A stretch of DNA of 64,000 bases from Dictyostelium discoideum (GCA_000004695.1 CM000154.2:384001-448000), one strand, 5' to 3'. Shown: positions 1 through 15,905, counted from the stretch's first letter. The notes: generated by a model not told the origin, from the sequence alone. Made by a program: numbers and translations.

Positions 1-911
1 ATCGTCGTGATCCAACATGGGCTCGTGGTTTAATATCTGCCGCTCAAGCAGTAGCTGGATCTGTCCAAGGTTTAGTACATAGTGCCAACTCTTCAAGCCA
101 AGGTAAAGTTGATGAGGAGCAATTGGTCGCTTCAGCCAAAGGTGTCGCAGCAGCAACTGCACGTCTCGTAACTGCAAGCAGAGCAAAGGCTGACTTGAAC
201 TCTGCTTCCAATTCACAATTGGCTCAAGCCGCTAAACAAGTTTCAAATGCCACAGCTGCATTGGTAGAAGCCGCCAAACAAGTCAATGAAGAACCAGAGG
301 TTGAATTCGATACTACTAACTTATCAAACGCCCAAATCATCTCCAAGGAAATGGATCAACAAATTCAAATCTTGAAATTAAAGAAAGAACTCGAACAAGC
401 CGAAAAGAAATTATTCTCAATCAGAAAGAAAGAGTACAGTGATCAAACTGGTAATCCATCACCAGCAAAAGACTCTGATAATAAACCAACCACTTCAATC
501 TCTGTTGGTATCACACCAACCAAGAGAACAACTCAAGCTTCACCACCATCACCACCATTAACTCCAACTCAACAAGCCGCTGGCACCCCAACTTTACCAC
601 CAAGACCATTAATGAAGAAACCAGCTCCATCTCAAGCCCCATCTTCACCAGTCGCTCCAGTTTCTGCTCCAGTTTCAAAACCATCACCAAAACCAGCACC
701 AAAACCAGCTGCTCCAACTGCTGCCGCTCCAAATAAAACTTATACCCTTGAAGAATTAAAAAAGAAACCAGCAAACATTGATCATAGTAATTTAGAAATT
801 TATCTTTCCGATGAAGAATTTAAAGCTGTATTCAATTGTGAACGTTCTGAATTAGCTGCTATGCCAACCTGGAAGAGAAATAATATAAAAACTAAACTTG
901 GTTTATTCTAA
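1..911 (+). CDS. talB: Talin B C-terminus (I/LWEQ actin-binding region plus villin-headpiece domain). 5'-partial: the reading frame is open from base 3 at the window edge; stop at 909-911.
   Basis: Frame 3 is open from the window start: ...TWARGLISAAQAVAGSVQGLVHSANSS... (talin I/LWEQ-like). C-terminal LSDEEFKAVFNCERSELAAMPTWKRNNIKTKLGLF is a textbook villin headpiece (compare [35 protein letters not shown]). Talin plus VHP is the architecture of Dictyostelium TalB. The track ORF starts at an internal TTG. Confidence 0.7.
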   Translation, partial: RRDPTWARGLISAAQAVAGSVQGLVHSANSSSQGKVDEEQLVASAKGVAAATARLVTASRAKADLNSASNSQLAQAAKQVSNATAALVEAAKQVNEEPEVEFDTTNLSNAQIISKEMDQQIQILKLKKELEQAEKKLFSIRKKEYSDQTGNPSPAKDSDNKPTTSISVGITPTKRTTQASPPSPPLTPTQQAAGTPTLPPRPLMKKPAPSQAPSSPVAPVSAPVSKPSPKPAPKPAAPTAAAPNKTYTLEELKKKPANIDHSNLEIYLSDEEFKAVFNCERSELAAMPTWKRNNIKTKLGLF

Positions 912-1387
912 AAAAAAATAATAATAATAATAATTAAAAAAACTAAAAAAAAAAAAAACACTAATAATTTAAAAAAAAAAAAATATATAACATTAAATTA
1001 AATAAAGTAAAATTGATTGATTGTACACTAAAAATAATATTTTTTTTTTTATTTTTTTATTTTAAAATAATAAAGCAACGAAAATGAAAATAGAAATAAT
1101 TGAAATTTCTAATTTGTTCGAATTTGATTTAGCCAAGCCACAAACTTCTTGGGCACATTTTATAATTAAATAACCATTTGCCGATTATTCATTATTTAAA
1201 TTTCTAGTTCTATTGTTAAATCTTATAATTTTTTTTTATTTTATTATAAAATTCAAAAATTTAATAAACTATAAACTGATAAAATTTTTTTTTTTTTTTT
1301 TTTTAAAATTTCCAAAACACTTAATATTTTTTTTTTATTTTTTAATTTTTTTATTTTTTCTTTTAAGTACTATTGAAAAAGAAAAGA

Positions 1388-1808
1388 ATGGAAGGTGTAA
1401 TTTATGAAACACTGATAAAAGATTATGGTGAAATAGAAAAAACAGGAACATCTATTATTGAATTTCTATTAATACTATCAATTAATGGTGTTTATATTGC
1501 AAGAGAACAACTCTTTAATTATTTCATTTATTGTAAAAAACTTTATAGTAACCAACCAACACAAAAAACAAAAAATGATTTAGATTCACAATTTTTATAT
1601 GGTTTGAATTATAACCAATACCTAATATTATCAACATTTATTGAAAAACTAAGTAATATTAACTCAAATAAAATGCAAATAATATATAATCATCAAAAAA
1701 ATAATATAAACCAACCAACCACAAGATTTGACTCTGCAATGTTTTTAATAATTGAAAATAATAAAAATCATCATCATCATATTTCAAATTCACTTTTAAT
1801 TAATAATA

Positions 1809-1893
<85 letters not shown>

Positions 1894-3235
1894 TAATAAA
1901 TTGATAGAAATTAAAAATATTGAAGATGGTTTTTTAAAAGTTTGGAGAAATTTAATTATTAGAAATGAAATTTTAATATATTTAAGAATATTTAAAAATT
2001 TTTCAAATAAAAGAATTGTTATAAATTCAAATGATATTAAAAATTTTAAATATAGAAATTATTTAAATTCAGTTGTATTATATTTAAATAATACTGGATT
2101 TGATGGTGATATATTACCTTTAAATATTACAAATTTAGAGATTATGAATAATGGTTTAAATGGTTTAATTATATTAAAAGAGAATTGTATACCAAAATCA
2201 GTGAAATCATTAAGATTCAATTGTTTTTTAGATAATTCAATACCATTAAAAAACATATTTAATTTGAATTCTATAACATCACTTGAGTTTATACAAAACT
2301 TTAATATATCATTAGGTGATTGGTTACCAAAATCATTAAAACATTTAATGCTTGGAAGTAGTTTTAATAAGAGAATAGAGTTTGGTCAATTACCAAATTC
2401 ATTAACATCATTAATATTTAAAAATGATTGTAATTGTTTAATTTCGCCAGGATCAATACCAAATTCAGTTAAAACTTTGAATTATTCATATAAAGGTTTG
2501 AAATCAGTTAATGAAAAAATTCCAAATTCAACCACAACTTTAGAGTTTATAAATGATTTTGAAATTTCAATTAGACCTGGTTTAATACCAAGAAATGTGT
2601 CAACCATTGTATTCGATTATAAATTTAAAGGTAAGATCGCCTCGAATTCATTTTCAAAGAATCTAACAAGTTTATCATTCAATCAAGGTTATTCTAGAAC
2701 CATTTTACCCTCTGATATAATACCACCAGAATCAATTACACATTTACGTATTAATCAAGATATAATTTCAAAGGGTTTCATATTTAATTGTTATTTTAAT
2801 AAATTAAAATCTCTAGAATTAATAGGTGTTGATTCAATTACACCCAATTTAATACCATCTGGTTTAACAATTTTAAAACTTCGAAATTTTTATGCTCCAT
2901 TTTCCTCTCTAGATTTTTTACCACAAACCTTAACATCGTTAACTTTGGAAAGAGTAAATAGTGAAATCACTTTTAATATTGGTGATTTTCCAAACTCTTT
3001 AACTCAATTGTCTTTGGGTGATTATTGTAAACCTTTGGATTTCAATATTTTACCTCCAAATTTAAAGACACTTTATTTACCTTCATGTGACATAAAATTA
3101 AAAATTGATAATGGTGAATTCAATTCTTTACCTCCAACAATGGAACATATTTATTGCCATATGGGAAATTATAGTATTTTAAATAATTTAGATTTAACAA
3201 TATTTTCAAAATATATAAAAATTATAGCTAATTAA
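1388..3235 (+). CDS. FNIP-repeat-containing protein (Dictyostelium-expanded family). Single large exon; ATG at 1388.
   Basis: Multiple tandem about 22-aa repeats with LPNSLTSLIFKNDCN / IPNSVKTL / LPKSLKHLMLG / LPQTLTSLTL motifs (FNIP repeat, Pfam PF05725-like). N-terminal FLKVWRNLIIRNEIL motif typical of this family. Internal (AAT)n poly-N tract. Confidence 0.7.
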
Positions 3236-3271
3236 AAAATAAAATAAAATTAATAAAATAATACGTGTATT

Positions 3272-3333
<62 letters not shown>

Positions 3334-3789
3334 AAAAAAAATAGTTTTTATAAAAATAAATCTTTATTTTCTTTTTTTTTTAATATTAGTTTTTAAAATA
3401 TCCACTAGTGGTATAATGATTTATAAAAAAAAAAAAATAGCTTTATTAATTTATAAATAAAAATATGATTCATTTAAATATAGATTATTTGGGTGTGATT
3501 CAAACATAAAATTATGGTGCATTCTATAATTTCGACCAAAAAATATATGCAATCATTCCTTGAAATTGCTCTAAATTAAAATTTAAAAAATAAAAAAATT
3601 CTAAAAAAATAAAAAATTCTGAGCTTAAAAAATTAATATTTTTTTAAAAATTTACATATCAAAAATTTAAAAAAAAAAATTTAAAATAAAAAAAAAAAAA
3701 ATTTCTTTTAATTAATTTTGATATTAATACATATAAAGAATAAATAAACCTTTCAATCATTTAAAAAAAACAAAACAACCAAATTTAAT

Positions 3790-3820
<31 letters not shown>

Positions 3821-3864
3821 TAAATAATTTCCAAAAAAAAAAAAAATACCAAATTAAATAAAAA

Positions 3865-4323
3865 ATGAAAAACTATAATAATTACACAACCAAAATAAAA
3901 TGTAACGATAAAAATGAAATTGGAAACGATATATTATTTTTTAAAGTATGGAGAAATATAGTAATTAGAAGAACAATATCAAAATTTTTGAAACAATCAT
4001 TTTGTGAATTATTTTCCAATTTAATAAAAATATATATTGAAAATTATCAAAAAAACAAGAACCAATTTTTTTATTATTTTCAAAATCTATATTCACTTCC
4101 TCCCCATTGGGAAATTGTATATTCTAATCTCCAACATCCTCTTATTTTTTTATTTGGAAATTGTTATAAATTTAATGAACAACCATTAAAATTAGATTAT
4201 AAAAAAAACCTAAAAGTAGCCAACAAGGAAAATAATAAACAAACAAAGTTTAATAAAAATTTTAAAAATAAAAAATCAAATTTTAAAAATAATCAAATAA
4301 ATATAAAACCAATTTTACACTAA
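3865..4323 (+). CDS. Short ORF resembling the N-terminal module of FNIP-family proteins (FKVWRNIVIRR). Possible truncated paralog or gene fragment.
   Basis: ATG at 3865. LFFKVWRNIVIRRTISKFL parallels FLKVWRNLIIRNEILIYL of the upstream FNIP gene. No FNIP repeats follow. K/N-rich tail. Coding status uncertain in AT-rich DNA. Confidence 0.3.
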   Translation: MKNYNNYTTKIKCNDKNEIGNDILFFKVWRNIVIRRTISKFLKQSFCELFSNLIKIYIENYQKNKNQFFYYFQNLYSLPPHWEIVYSNLQHPLIFLFGNCYKFNEQPLKLDYKKNLKVANKENNKQTKFNKNFKNKKSNFKNNQINIKPILH

Positions 4324-4478
4324 AATAAAATTAATTAATTTCTAAATAAAAAAAAAATTAATTAATTTATCACGCCCACACAACAAATCAATATTTTTAA
4401 ATTATTATAAATATAATTAATTGTCTTTTTTTTTTTTTTTTTTTAATTTAAAATGTATATATTTATTTTATTTATTAT

Positions 4479-4528
<50 letters not shown>

Positions 4529-4562
4529 GTTTAATTATTATTTATTATTTTTTTTTTTTTTT

Positions 4563-7500
4563 TTAAATTCTACCATCTAATCTATCTTTCATCTTTTTAT
4601 AAGATTTATGTTCTTGTTGTTCAGATTGAAGTTCAGACATGATTTGTTTTCTCTTCTTTTCATTTTCTTTTCTTTCTTCAGTTGCTTTTTTGAATTTCTC
4701 AGCTTGAATGAATTGATTATCTTTAACGATTTCTCTTAAGGCACCTTTAGTTTCTTTTTTAATTAAAGCCTTCATTTTGGCAGTATGATTTCTTTCAGCA
4801 TCAGGATCTTTGTTAAAGAAAGAGAATACTTGATTGAAACGTGGATTGAATTGACGTAATGTTTGAGGTTTACTTGTTAATAGAATCAATGGTTTTCTCT
4901 TATTGATAATTTCTTTATTAATTGAATCAATCAATTGTTTTAAAGAATTTATTTTTTCAATCAATTTCAAATTCATTGTATTTGTATCTAATTTATTTAA
5001 TAAATTTAAAATATTTGTAAATAAACTTGGCAATGATTCATTAAATTGTGATTCTGAATAAAATCTAATATATTTTTCAAGGAACGAAATTAAATAATTT
5101 AAAATATTAATTCTTAATTCATCATTAATTTCTAAATTTGATTTTGATAAATTTGAAAATTCCAATTGAGTTGGTTCAATCTTTTTAATAACATTAATTT
5201 GATTTGAAAGTTTTAAATAATTTAATGGTAATAAAATTGTTGGTATTAAAATATTTGTTGAAATTGATGCCCATTGTGAATTAATATTTGATGGGGTAGT
5301 GGTAGTAGTGGCAGTAGTGGTTTTTGAATTTTTTGAATTTTTTGGTTTAGTAGTGGTGGTGGTAGTAGTTTGAATTGTTGGTGGATTATGATTTATAAAA
5401 GTTGATAATAAACTAATTAAAAGTGATGAAATTTCTGGTGAATATCTTTTTGAAGGTGATAAATAAAAGAATAATAAATTCATAGTGAAAAGTGAAGAGA
5501 TGATATCATTAGCATTTCTAATTGGACAATGGGAGAGGAAGAAATTCAATGCTTCAATTGTTGGTGTTACAACTGGATGTTGGAAATCAGAAGTTGGGAA
5601 AACATTACCAATCAATTTAATAACTAATAACTCTTGTTGATTTGGCCAATAATTTAATTTACTTTGAATTTCCAATTTCTTACAAATACGTTTATAACAT
5701 GAATTAATTAAATCCTTTGATGTTATACCAGATACAATTGGTACATCTTGAGAAATTTCAAAAATATATTTCGATAAAACATCCAATTCAATCCAATCAA
5801 TAGGATTTGATGATTCATCTTGGTCATCCTCTTTAATTGGTTTTGCAATATTAATGAATCTTTGATATAAAATTGGTAAATAATCTTTCATTTTATCCTT
5901 ATTTTGTGGTTTAATTGAAACATGATTACAAACCCCAATACGTGTTAAAATGGTTTCTTTCTCTTCTGATGTTCTATTTAATAACCATTCATCTAATTCT
6001 TCAATTGATTTTGGTGTATCAAAGGTAAATGGAATTGTTTCATTAACTTCTTCTTTTGATTTTTTATTTGTTTTTAATTTTTTAGTTGATTTTTCTTCTT
6101 CCTCCTCCTCGTCGTCTTCTTGACCTGATAAAATTTCATCATCTTTTAAATCTAAATCAGAATCCTCTTCATCACCTTCTTCACCTTCTTCATCTTCATC
6201 ACTTTTATCTTCATCATCAGTTTCTAATTCAGATGATTGTTCATTAGTTTGGTCATCTTCACTGTCAGAATTATCTTTATTATTATTATCATCGTCGGAA
6301 TCAATTTGTGGATTATAGAAAACTGTATCTACACCATTAATATTTAAAACTTCATTTTCATCATCTAATGAATCGGCTGTTAACATTTTTGGTTTATTAT
6401 CTTTTGCTTTTAATCTATCTAAAACTTTTCTTGGTAAATTTTTATCACTATCTTTAACATTATCATCAGCTTCCAATTCAACGTAATCACCACTTGCTCT
6501 CTCTAATCTTTCTTTTTCTTTTTGTTGTAATCTTTCCATCTCTTCTTTCATTTGTTCTTCTTTAGTTTTAGTTCTATCAGTTGCATGTGCCCTACTCTCA
6601 CCTTGTAATTCATATAATAATTCATCGAAATCGTCATGTGCTTCCTTTGGTTTTTTTGTTGAATCATTAGTTGAATTTGATGATGATGATGAAGCGAATT
6701 TTTGTTCATTTGATCTTTGTTCAGCTTGGAATTTTAAGAATGCATCATCTTGTAAATTATTATTATTGCTACTATTGCTATTATTACCATTTGTTAATAT
6801 TAATTCACCTCTAATTAAATTAAATTCTTCATCTAAATCTCTAGTTAATGCTTCTTTTTTTAATTTTTCTTTTGCTCTTTCAGCTTTACCAATCTTTGAT
6901 TTTTCAATAATTTCTTGATAAATCTCTTTCTTTGATTTATGTCTATCTTGTCTTTCACCATTACCATTACTATCATCATCACCACCACCAAATCTTTGTC
7001 TTTCACTTAAAAACTCTTTTCCAACTTCATCCAATTCATCATCTGATGCGACATAATCATCATTACCTTCAGATAATGACATTGAATTACTACCTAATGA
7101 ATTACCTAATGATTGACCCATATGTGTTAATTCTTCTTGATCATTATCATTTAAATTATATAAATTTTTATTTCTCTATTTTAAAATAAAAATAAAAATA
7201 AAAAAGAAATTTATTAGTAATAATATTTTTTTCTTATATATATATATTAAATAAATAAATATTTACCAATTTTTCTCTTTGAAAACGTGCTAACATTTTA
7301 TCTTCTTCAGACATTGAAGCATCATTTTCACCAATACGAGCATCAATGAATTTATTTGATTTATTCATTTGATTCATTTCAACTAAAATTGTTTTTTTAC
7401 GTTTTTCAATTGCATTATATCTTGATTGACCTAAATCACCTGATGCACCTTTAACTTGTCTATTTAAAACTACATGTTTTGTTTTATTAACCTTTCTATC

Positions 7501-7608
7501 GAATGGATTGACAATCTTTACAACTGGTGTACTTTTTTCAATCTTATTAAATCCATTTGAAATACCACCTTTTTTGGAATTCACTGATTCTGATTTTGAT
7601 TTCACCAT
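4563..7608 (-). CDS. nop14: Nucleolar protein Nop14 (SSU processome). Two exons: complement(join(4563..7175,7267..7608)), about 984 aa.
   Basis: Exon 1 NPFDRKVNKTKHVVLNRQVKG...RYNAIEKRKKTILVEMNQMNKSNKFIDARIGENDASMSEEDKMLARFQREKL matches the Nop14 N-terminus. Donor GTAAAT (RC at 7261-7266), 91-bp intron, acceptor AG (RC at 7176-7177). Exon 2 continues RNKNLYNLNDNDQEELTHMGQSL... matching Nop14 IYNLNEDEELTHYGQSL. Long acidic/charged middle region and conserved C-terminal domain. Confidence 0.8.
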
Positions 7609-7870
7609 TATATTAAATATATATAATATTAAAAATAATAATAATAGTATTGTATAAAAAAAATAAAAAAATAAAAAAAAATTAATTGAAAAAAAAAAGA
7701 AAAAAAAACGAACGACGAAAAAAAAAAAAAAAAAAAAAAAAATTAAAAAAAAAAAAAAAACTTTTTTGGTAAAAAAAAAAAATCATTTTCCATTTTTTTA
7801 AGATTTTTATTTTTATTTTTACTTTCTAAAAATAATTTATTATTATTGTTATTATTATTATTAAAATAAA

Positions 7871-8128
7871 TTAAACCCTATTAAATGAAAATGTATTTGA
7901 TAATAATTGTTTAAGACCTCCCCAATTGGCAGTACTACTATTATTATTATTATTATTATTATTACTATTTAAAATACTTCGATTATTTTGTCTATATTGT
8001 TGATATTGTTGACTATTTCTATATGGTTGTTGTTGTTGTTGCTGTACATTTTTAATTCCAAATTGTCTTTTATTATTTGAATTTAATTTTTGTTGTTGTT
8101 GTTGTTTTAATGTTTTTGTATTTATTAA

Positions 8129-8164
<36 letters not shown>

Positions 8165-8949
8165 TCTACTATTTGAAACACGTTTCACAGCTATTAAAAA
8201 TAATATTATTGTAATTGCCATTGGTAATACTCTTTTTATAATTAATTTATTTCTTAAATAGAATAATTTAAATTTCAAATAAACCAATTTAAAATTATTA
8301 AATATAAAATAAAGTAATTTCTTAAAATTACCAAATAAAACCCTATTAATTGCTAATTTTAAACTTTTTAAATCTCTAATTGATAATATCTCATGTATTG
8401 ATTCATTAATTATATCTTTAATTATTGATATATTTGATTGTGTTTTTATTGGTAATTGTTCTTGTTCTTGTTGTGGTTGCGATGAATTATTTAATTCTTG
8501 TTGTTGTTGATGTTGTTGTTGTTCATTGATTAATTGTTTTTCTAATTGTTGTTGTTGTTGTTGTTGATTTTGTTGTTGTAATTTTTCAGTTTCTCTTTTT
8601 AATTGTAATTCTCTTTGATTCTTTTCTTCAAATTCTCTAATTTGTACCATTTCATATAAAGCCTTTATGAAACCATTCTTTTTCCAATCTGAAAGATAGC
8701 TATCATTTTGTAATAATGATATAGATTCATTAATTTCATTCATTCTAAACATTACATGAAATATTAATAACTCTATCAATTGTTCATATTGATCTGATTT
8801 AAATTCATTTCTATTCCTTTTTAATGCTTCAATTATTATAACTTTACTTTCATTATAACTTTTTAAATAAACTAATAAGTGAATTCTATTTAATTTTATT
8901 TGAATAATAATAATAAAAATAAAAACAATTAGAAAAATTACTTATTCAA

Positions 8950-8989
<40 letters not shown>

Positions 8990-9315
8990 GAAAACTTAAA
9001 AGGAAATTCTTTTTTAAAAAAATAATTAATAATACATACGATAAAATTAAAATATTAATTGGTGTATTTGAGATACCATCTTGATAAAATCTATTAACTA
9101 ATTTTAAAGCATCTGATGGTTTACCCACTTCATAAAGTGATTGAATTAATAATTCCATTATCCATCTACATTGACAATTGGTATCATTTTGACAACTATG
9201 ATAACACTTTGAAAATGATTCAAAAATTTTATTTGATAATGAAATGGTTGTTGTTGTTGGATTTTCATTATTTTCTTCATTGTTCGTATTAAATATAGAT
9301 GATAGTAATGGTGAA

Positions 9316-9346
<31 letters not shown>

Positions 9347-9563
9347 ATAATTTATATAATAAATTTATTAATTCGGTTATTACAATTTGAAAATTTTGAT
9401 ATAGAAATAATGTTTCAATTTTTTCTCTTTTTTTTATTAAATATTCTTCATTAATTATTTCATCGTTATTACTACTATTATTATTATAATATTGATCATC
9501 TTCATTATCATTCTCATTTTCATCTTTGTAGATTGAATTTTCGAAAATATAATTTTTTTCCAT
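7871..9563 (-). CDS. Hypothetical protein, two exons: complement(join(7871..8885,9040..9563)). N/Q-rich with a predicted C-terminal transmembrane segment.
   Basis: Exon 1 ends ...NRFYQDGISNTPINILILS with GTATGT donor (RC at 9034-9039). 154-bp intron. Acceptor ttaaatAG (exon 2 starts at 8885) keeps the frame into ...IHLLVYLKSYNESKVIIIEALKRNRNEFKSDQYEQLIELLIFHVMF.... The hydrophobic stretch PMAITIILFLIAVKRV suggests a TM anchor. No family recognised. Confidence 0.45.
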
Positions 9564-9958
9564 TTTTAGTTTAAAAAAAAAAAAAATAAAAATAAAAAAT
9601 TAAAAAAAAGTGAAAAAAAAAAAAAAAATATTTATTATTTTAAAAAAAATAGTTTTTTTCTACTTTTGAAATTAATTTTTTTTAATTTTTTATTTTAATT
9701 TTTTTTTTTTTCAATTTTTTAATTTTTTTTTTATTTAAAAAATTCAAACGTAATTGGAAAACTGTTTTTTTTTTTTTTTTTTTTTAGGCTTGTGCTATAA
9801 TTATAAAAAAAATTAAAAAAAAAAAAAATTAAAAAAAAAAAATTAAAAAAAAACAATTTTAGTTTCAATATATATATATATACAAGTTAAAGAATTGTAT
9901 ATATAATTAGATAGAATAAAATTCAATTTAGAATTGTTTAAAACCAACAAGTTTGTAA

Positions 9959-10648
9959 ATGAGTGATAGCTTTGATGATCAATTTCCCCCATTGGTAAGT
10001 TTTTTTTTTTTTTTTTTTTTAATATAAAAATAAAATTAAATAAAAATAAATAAAAAATAAAAAACAAATAGAAAAAATAAAAAATAAAAATAAAAAAAAT
10101 AGAAAAAAAAATAAAATAAAATAAAATAAACCCATTAATAAGCTTATTAATATTTTTATTTTTTATTTTTTATTTTTTTTATATAGGGAAAAGTAACCAT
10201 CAAAAAAAAAGATGTATCATACATAAAAACATCAATGTCACCTTTGTCGACCTCTAATAACCCAACTGAAACTTACGAGCAAAATGAAAATCTAGATCAA
10301 AATAATACTCCTATCAATAGCAGTAATGATGAAATTATTACCAATACTGTTGATAATAATAATAATACCACCACTTTTGACTCATTAGAAAATTATAATA
10401 ATAGTAATAATAATAATAACTATAATAGCATTACTAGTAATTACAGTGAAAACTCTTATTTCAATAGTAATAATTATAATAGATACTATAATAATAATAA
10501 TCAACAACAACAACCAAATACAGGTACCACAGTGAATTACAATAACAATTTCAATAGCTCTAAACCATATAAAATATTTAACAAAAATTATAATAGTTCA
10601 TATAACTATCAACCACCACCGTTGCCGCAACAGCAACAACAACAACAA

Positions 10649-10686
<38 letters not shown>

Positions 10687-10866
10687 ACAACAATTTAACA
10701 GTGGTATCCCGATGAATAATAGCAATAGTTATCAAATAGGTTATAATCATAACAATAATAATAATAATGGGTTTATTCCTAATTATAATTATGTTCAACA
10801 ACAACCACCCCCACTCCCATCATCATCCTCATCACAAAATACATTTAATACAAATGGATATAATTC

Positions 10867-10922
<56 letters not shown>

Positions 10923-10942
10923 GCACAATGAACTCAAATACG

Positions 10943-11015
<73 letters not shown>

Positions 11016-11768
11016 TTAATAATATTAATAATAATAATAATATTAATAATAATAATAATAATATTAATAATAATACCAATAATAATAATAATAATAATAA
11101 TATTAATAATAATAATAATAATAATCCAAACTATAAAAGACAAAACAATAGTTTTAATATACCCAACAATAATAATAATAATAACAATAATAATAACAAT
11201 AATAATAATATTACGATTAGCAATGTTAATAGTGAATATTACGCTAAGGAAATACAAATTCAACAACAAATGCAAACATTAACATTACAACAATTACAGG
11301 TTAAACAACCGAGTAAACCAAAACCACAAGAAAATATAAATGAATCACCAATCGTTTTACCAACTTTAAAGGACATAAGCGATGGAACACCTTCATATAA
11401 TTTACAAAATGTACATCCTTTCTTTGATTCAAAACCAACAATTAGTATGTTTTATCTCTACTTTATTAGTGTGCCTACCTAATTTCCTAATTGGTATTAA
11501 TTTTTCCTTTTTTTCCTTTTCTTTTTTTCCTTTAAATTATTAGAAATTCTTTCAAGAACAAAGCCAAAAGAAGAAAATAAAGTTATTACACCCAAACAAC
11601 CAAAACAATCAACAGAAGAGAGAGAATTGGAATATCAAAAAAGAAGAGCTCTTTTATTTGGTACACCTCTTCCTTCAGATTCAACAACACCAACAACAAC
11701 ATCACCAACCTCCGAAAATATTTCTTCACCAACAAGTGAAATTGAAACTTTAAATAACAATGAAATTA

Positions 11769-11834
<66 letters not shown>

Positions 11835-12079
11835 GTAATGAACCATCAAATAAATATTCACCAGGTTCTTTTAAGAAAAATAGTAAATTAAATACTAGCA
11901 ATGGAGATGGTAATACATCTCCAATATCACAACAACAACAAAGACAACCATTAGGACCTGATCCAACAGCTGGTAGAGGTTTTGGTAGTCGTAGAGGTGG
12001 TAAAACCTCAACAACGACCACACCTACATCATCAACCTCAACTACAACAACAAATAATGCAACAACAAATGGAAATTAA
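9959..12079 (+). CDS. N/Q-rich low-complexity protein, three exons: join(9959..9994,10187..11444,11544..12079).
   Basis: 12-codon first exon ATGAGTGATAGCTTTGATGATCAATTTCCCCCATTG followed by GTAAGT. 192-bp T-rich intron. Acceptor atatAG at 10185-10186, in frame into the 415-aa track ORF. Second donor GTATGT at 11445 and acceptor ttattAG at 11542-11543, in frame into the 11627 ORF (...EERELEYQKRRALLFGTPLPSDS..., RGG/FG-like tail). Massive coding (AAT)n and (CAA)n tracts. Confidence 0.5.
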
Positions 12080-12187
12080 TAAATTTTCATATATTTTAAT
12101 TAAATTTTATTTTATAAAGAAGGAAAAAAAAAAAAAAAAAATCGATTGGTGTTTTATTTTTATTTTTATTTTATGTTTTTTATATTT

Positions 12188-13030
12188 TTAATTTGTATTT
12201 GATTTGTTTATAAAACCTTGAATTTTATTTTTATCAACAATAGCATAAGTATACTCTGATTCTCTTAGTGAACCACCCATGAATACAGATGTGTTTCTAA
12301 ATTGCATTTTTGAATCTGATACGGTACGAGCAGAAATATGATATTCTTTTAGTTTTGTCTTTTTTATAATTTTATTTATATTCTTTTGAGTAATACCACC
12401 ACCTGGTAATATCGTTATATCAGTTCCATTTGATAATTTTATTAATTCTTTAATTGTATCAATACCTTCTAATACTGATGATTCCATACCTGATGTTAAT
12501 ATTCTACTTATTTTACCACAACCACCACCACTGTTATTATTATTATTATTATTACTTGTTGAACAATTTATACTATTTAAAGTATTAAATGATTCAATAT
12601 AATCTCTAGTCATATCGAAAGCACGATGAAATGTAACTGATAATGGTGATGCTAATTCTACTAATTTTTCAGTATTACATTTATCAATAGTACCGTCAGA
12701 ATTAAGTAAACCAATTACAATACCACTGAATGATGAACATTGATTTGAAATTTGTTTAACTAATTCTATATCATGTTTCATTATTGTGATTTCATCTTGA
12801 TTGTATAGGAAATCACCACTACGTGGTCTAATCATTACAAATATGTCAATTGAGATCTCATGATTTTCAATATACTCTTTCAATGTTTTCATTAATCCAT
12901 AACTTGGTGTTAACCCACCTGAAAATAATGAACTACATAATTCAAGTCTACTTGCACCTCCATTAATTGCTTCAATACAACTACTTAATGAGTCAACACA
13001 AACTTCGAATTTAATATCTTGTTCTGACAT
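12188..13030 (-). CDS. cutC: Copper homeostasis protein CutC family. Single exon.
   Basis: KFEVCVDSLSSCIEAINGGASRLELCSSLFSGGLTPSYGLMK and ...VTFHRAFDMTRDY... align to the CutC signature (LEICCYS...GADRVELC...GGLTPS...VTFHRAFDM). Dictyostelium-style poly-N insertion (CSTSNNNNNNNSGGGC). Confidence 0.85.
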   Translation of the reverse strand: MSEQDIKFEVCVDSLSSCIEAINGGASRLELCSSLFSGGLTPSYGLMKTLKEYIENHEISIDIFVMIRPRSGDFLYNQDEITIMKHDIELVKQISNQCSSFSGIVIGLLNSDGTIDKCNTEKLVELASPLSVTFHRAFDMTRDYIESFNTLNSINCSTSNNNNNNNSGGGCGKISRILTSGMESSVLEGIDTIKELIKLSNGTDITILPGGGITQKNINKIIKKTKLKEYHISARTVSDSKMQFRNTSVFMGGSLRESEYTYAIVDKNKIQGFINKSNTN

Positions 13031-13595
13031 TTCCTAAAAAAAAAAACTAAAAAAAAAAAAATTAAAAATAAAAAAAAAAAAATTAAAAATAAAAAAAAAG
13101 AATTAAAGTATTCATCACAATTAATAATTATTATTATTAATCTATAAAAAAAAATAAAAAAATAAAAATAAAACACACAAATTATCGGGTTTTTTTTTTT
13201 TTTTTTTTGAACCTTTATATTACGGAACCTTCCCAAAATTTAAAAAAATTTTTTTTAATTTAAAAAAACCTACCCCAATTATTTTTCCCTTTTTAAAAAA
13301 ACTTTTTTAAAAAAAAAATAAAAAAAATTGCCAAAAAAAAAAAAAAAAAATTTTATTTCCCCCTTAAAAAAATTTTATTTAAAAATTAAAAAAATTAAAA
13401 AAAAAAAAAGGGGTTTAAATTTTTTAAAAATAATAATATTTTTATTTTTATTTTTTTTTTTTAAAAATTTTTTTTTTTTTATTTTTTTATTTTAAATTTT
13501 TTTTTTTTTTCCCTCCTAAAAAACCCCCTGTTATAAAAATTTTGATTTCAAAATTTTTTTTTTTTTACCTTTTTCCTTTTTTATAAATATTTAAA

Positions 13596-13635
<40 letters not shown>

Positions 13636-13758
13636 AATATATAAAAAATATAAAAAAAAAAAAAAAAATAAATAAAAAATTAATAATTGGAAATTAAAAA
13701 TTAAAAATTAAAAATAAAAAATAAAAAAAAAAAGCCCACCATTAATAAATTATTCAGT

Positions 13759-15905
<2,147 letters not shown>

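Noticed and set aside
511-774. 87-aa minus-strand ORF antisense to talB
   Set aside because: Proline/alanine-rich sense strand produces an open antisense frame. There is no independent support.
10598-11275. Minus-strand ORFs translating to poly-Leu/poly-Ile (also 14364-14764, 52230-52643, 42990-43212, 55924-56148)
   Set aside because: They are the antisense or alternate-frame readings of coding (AAT)n/(CAA)n/(ACA)n microsatellites inside genuine N/Q/T-rich genes, not genes.
13190-13600. Odd sequence with doubled bases (ggaaccttcccaaaattt, ggggtttaaatttttt, ccctcctaaaaaaccccctg). Similar patches occur at 27040-27170 and 46320-46400.
   Set aside because: The pattern of stuttered homopolymers in low-complexity context is typical of low-quality read ends incorporated into a draft consensus. 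They are not treated as biological features.
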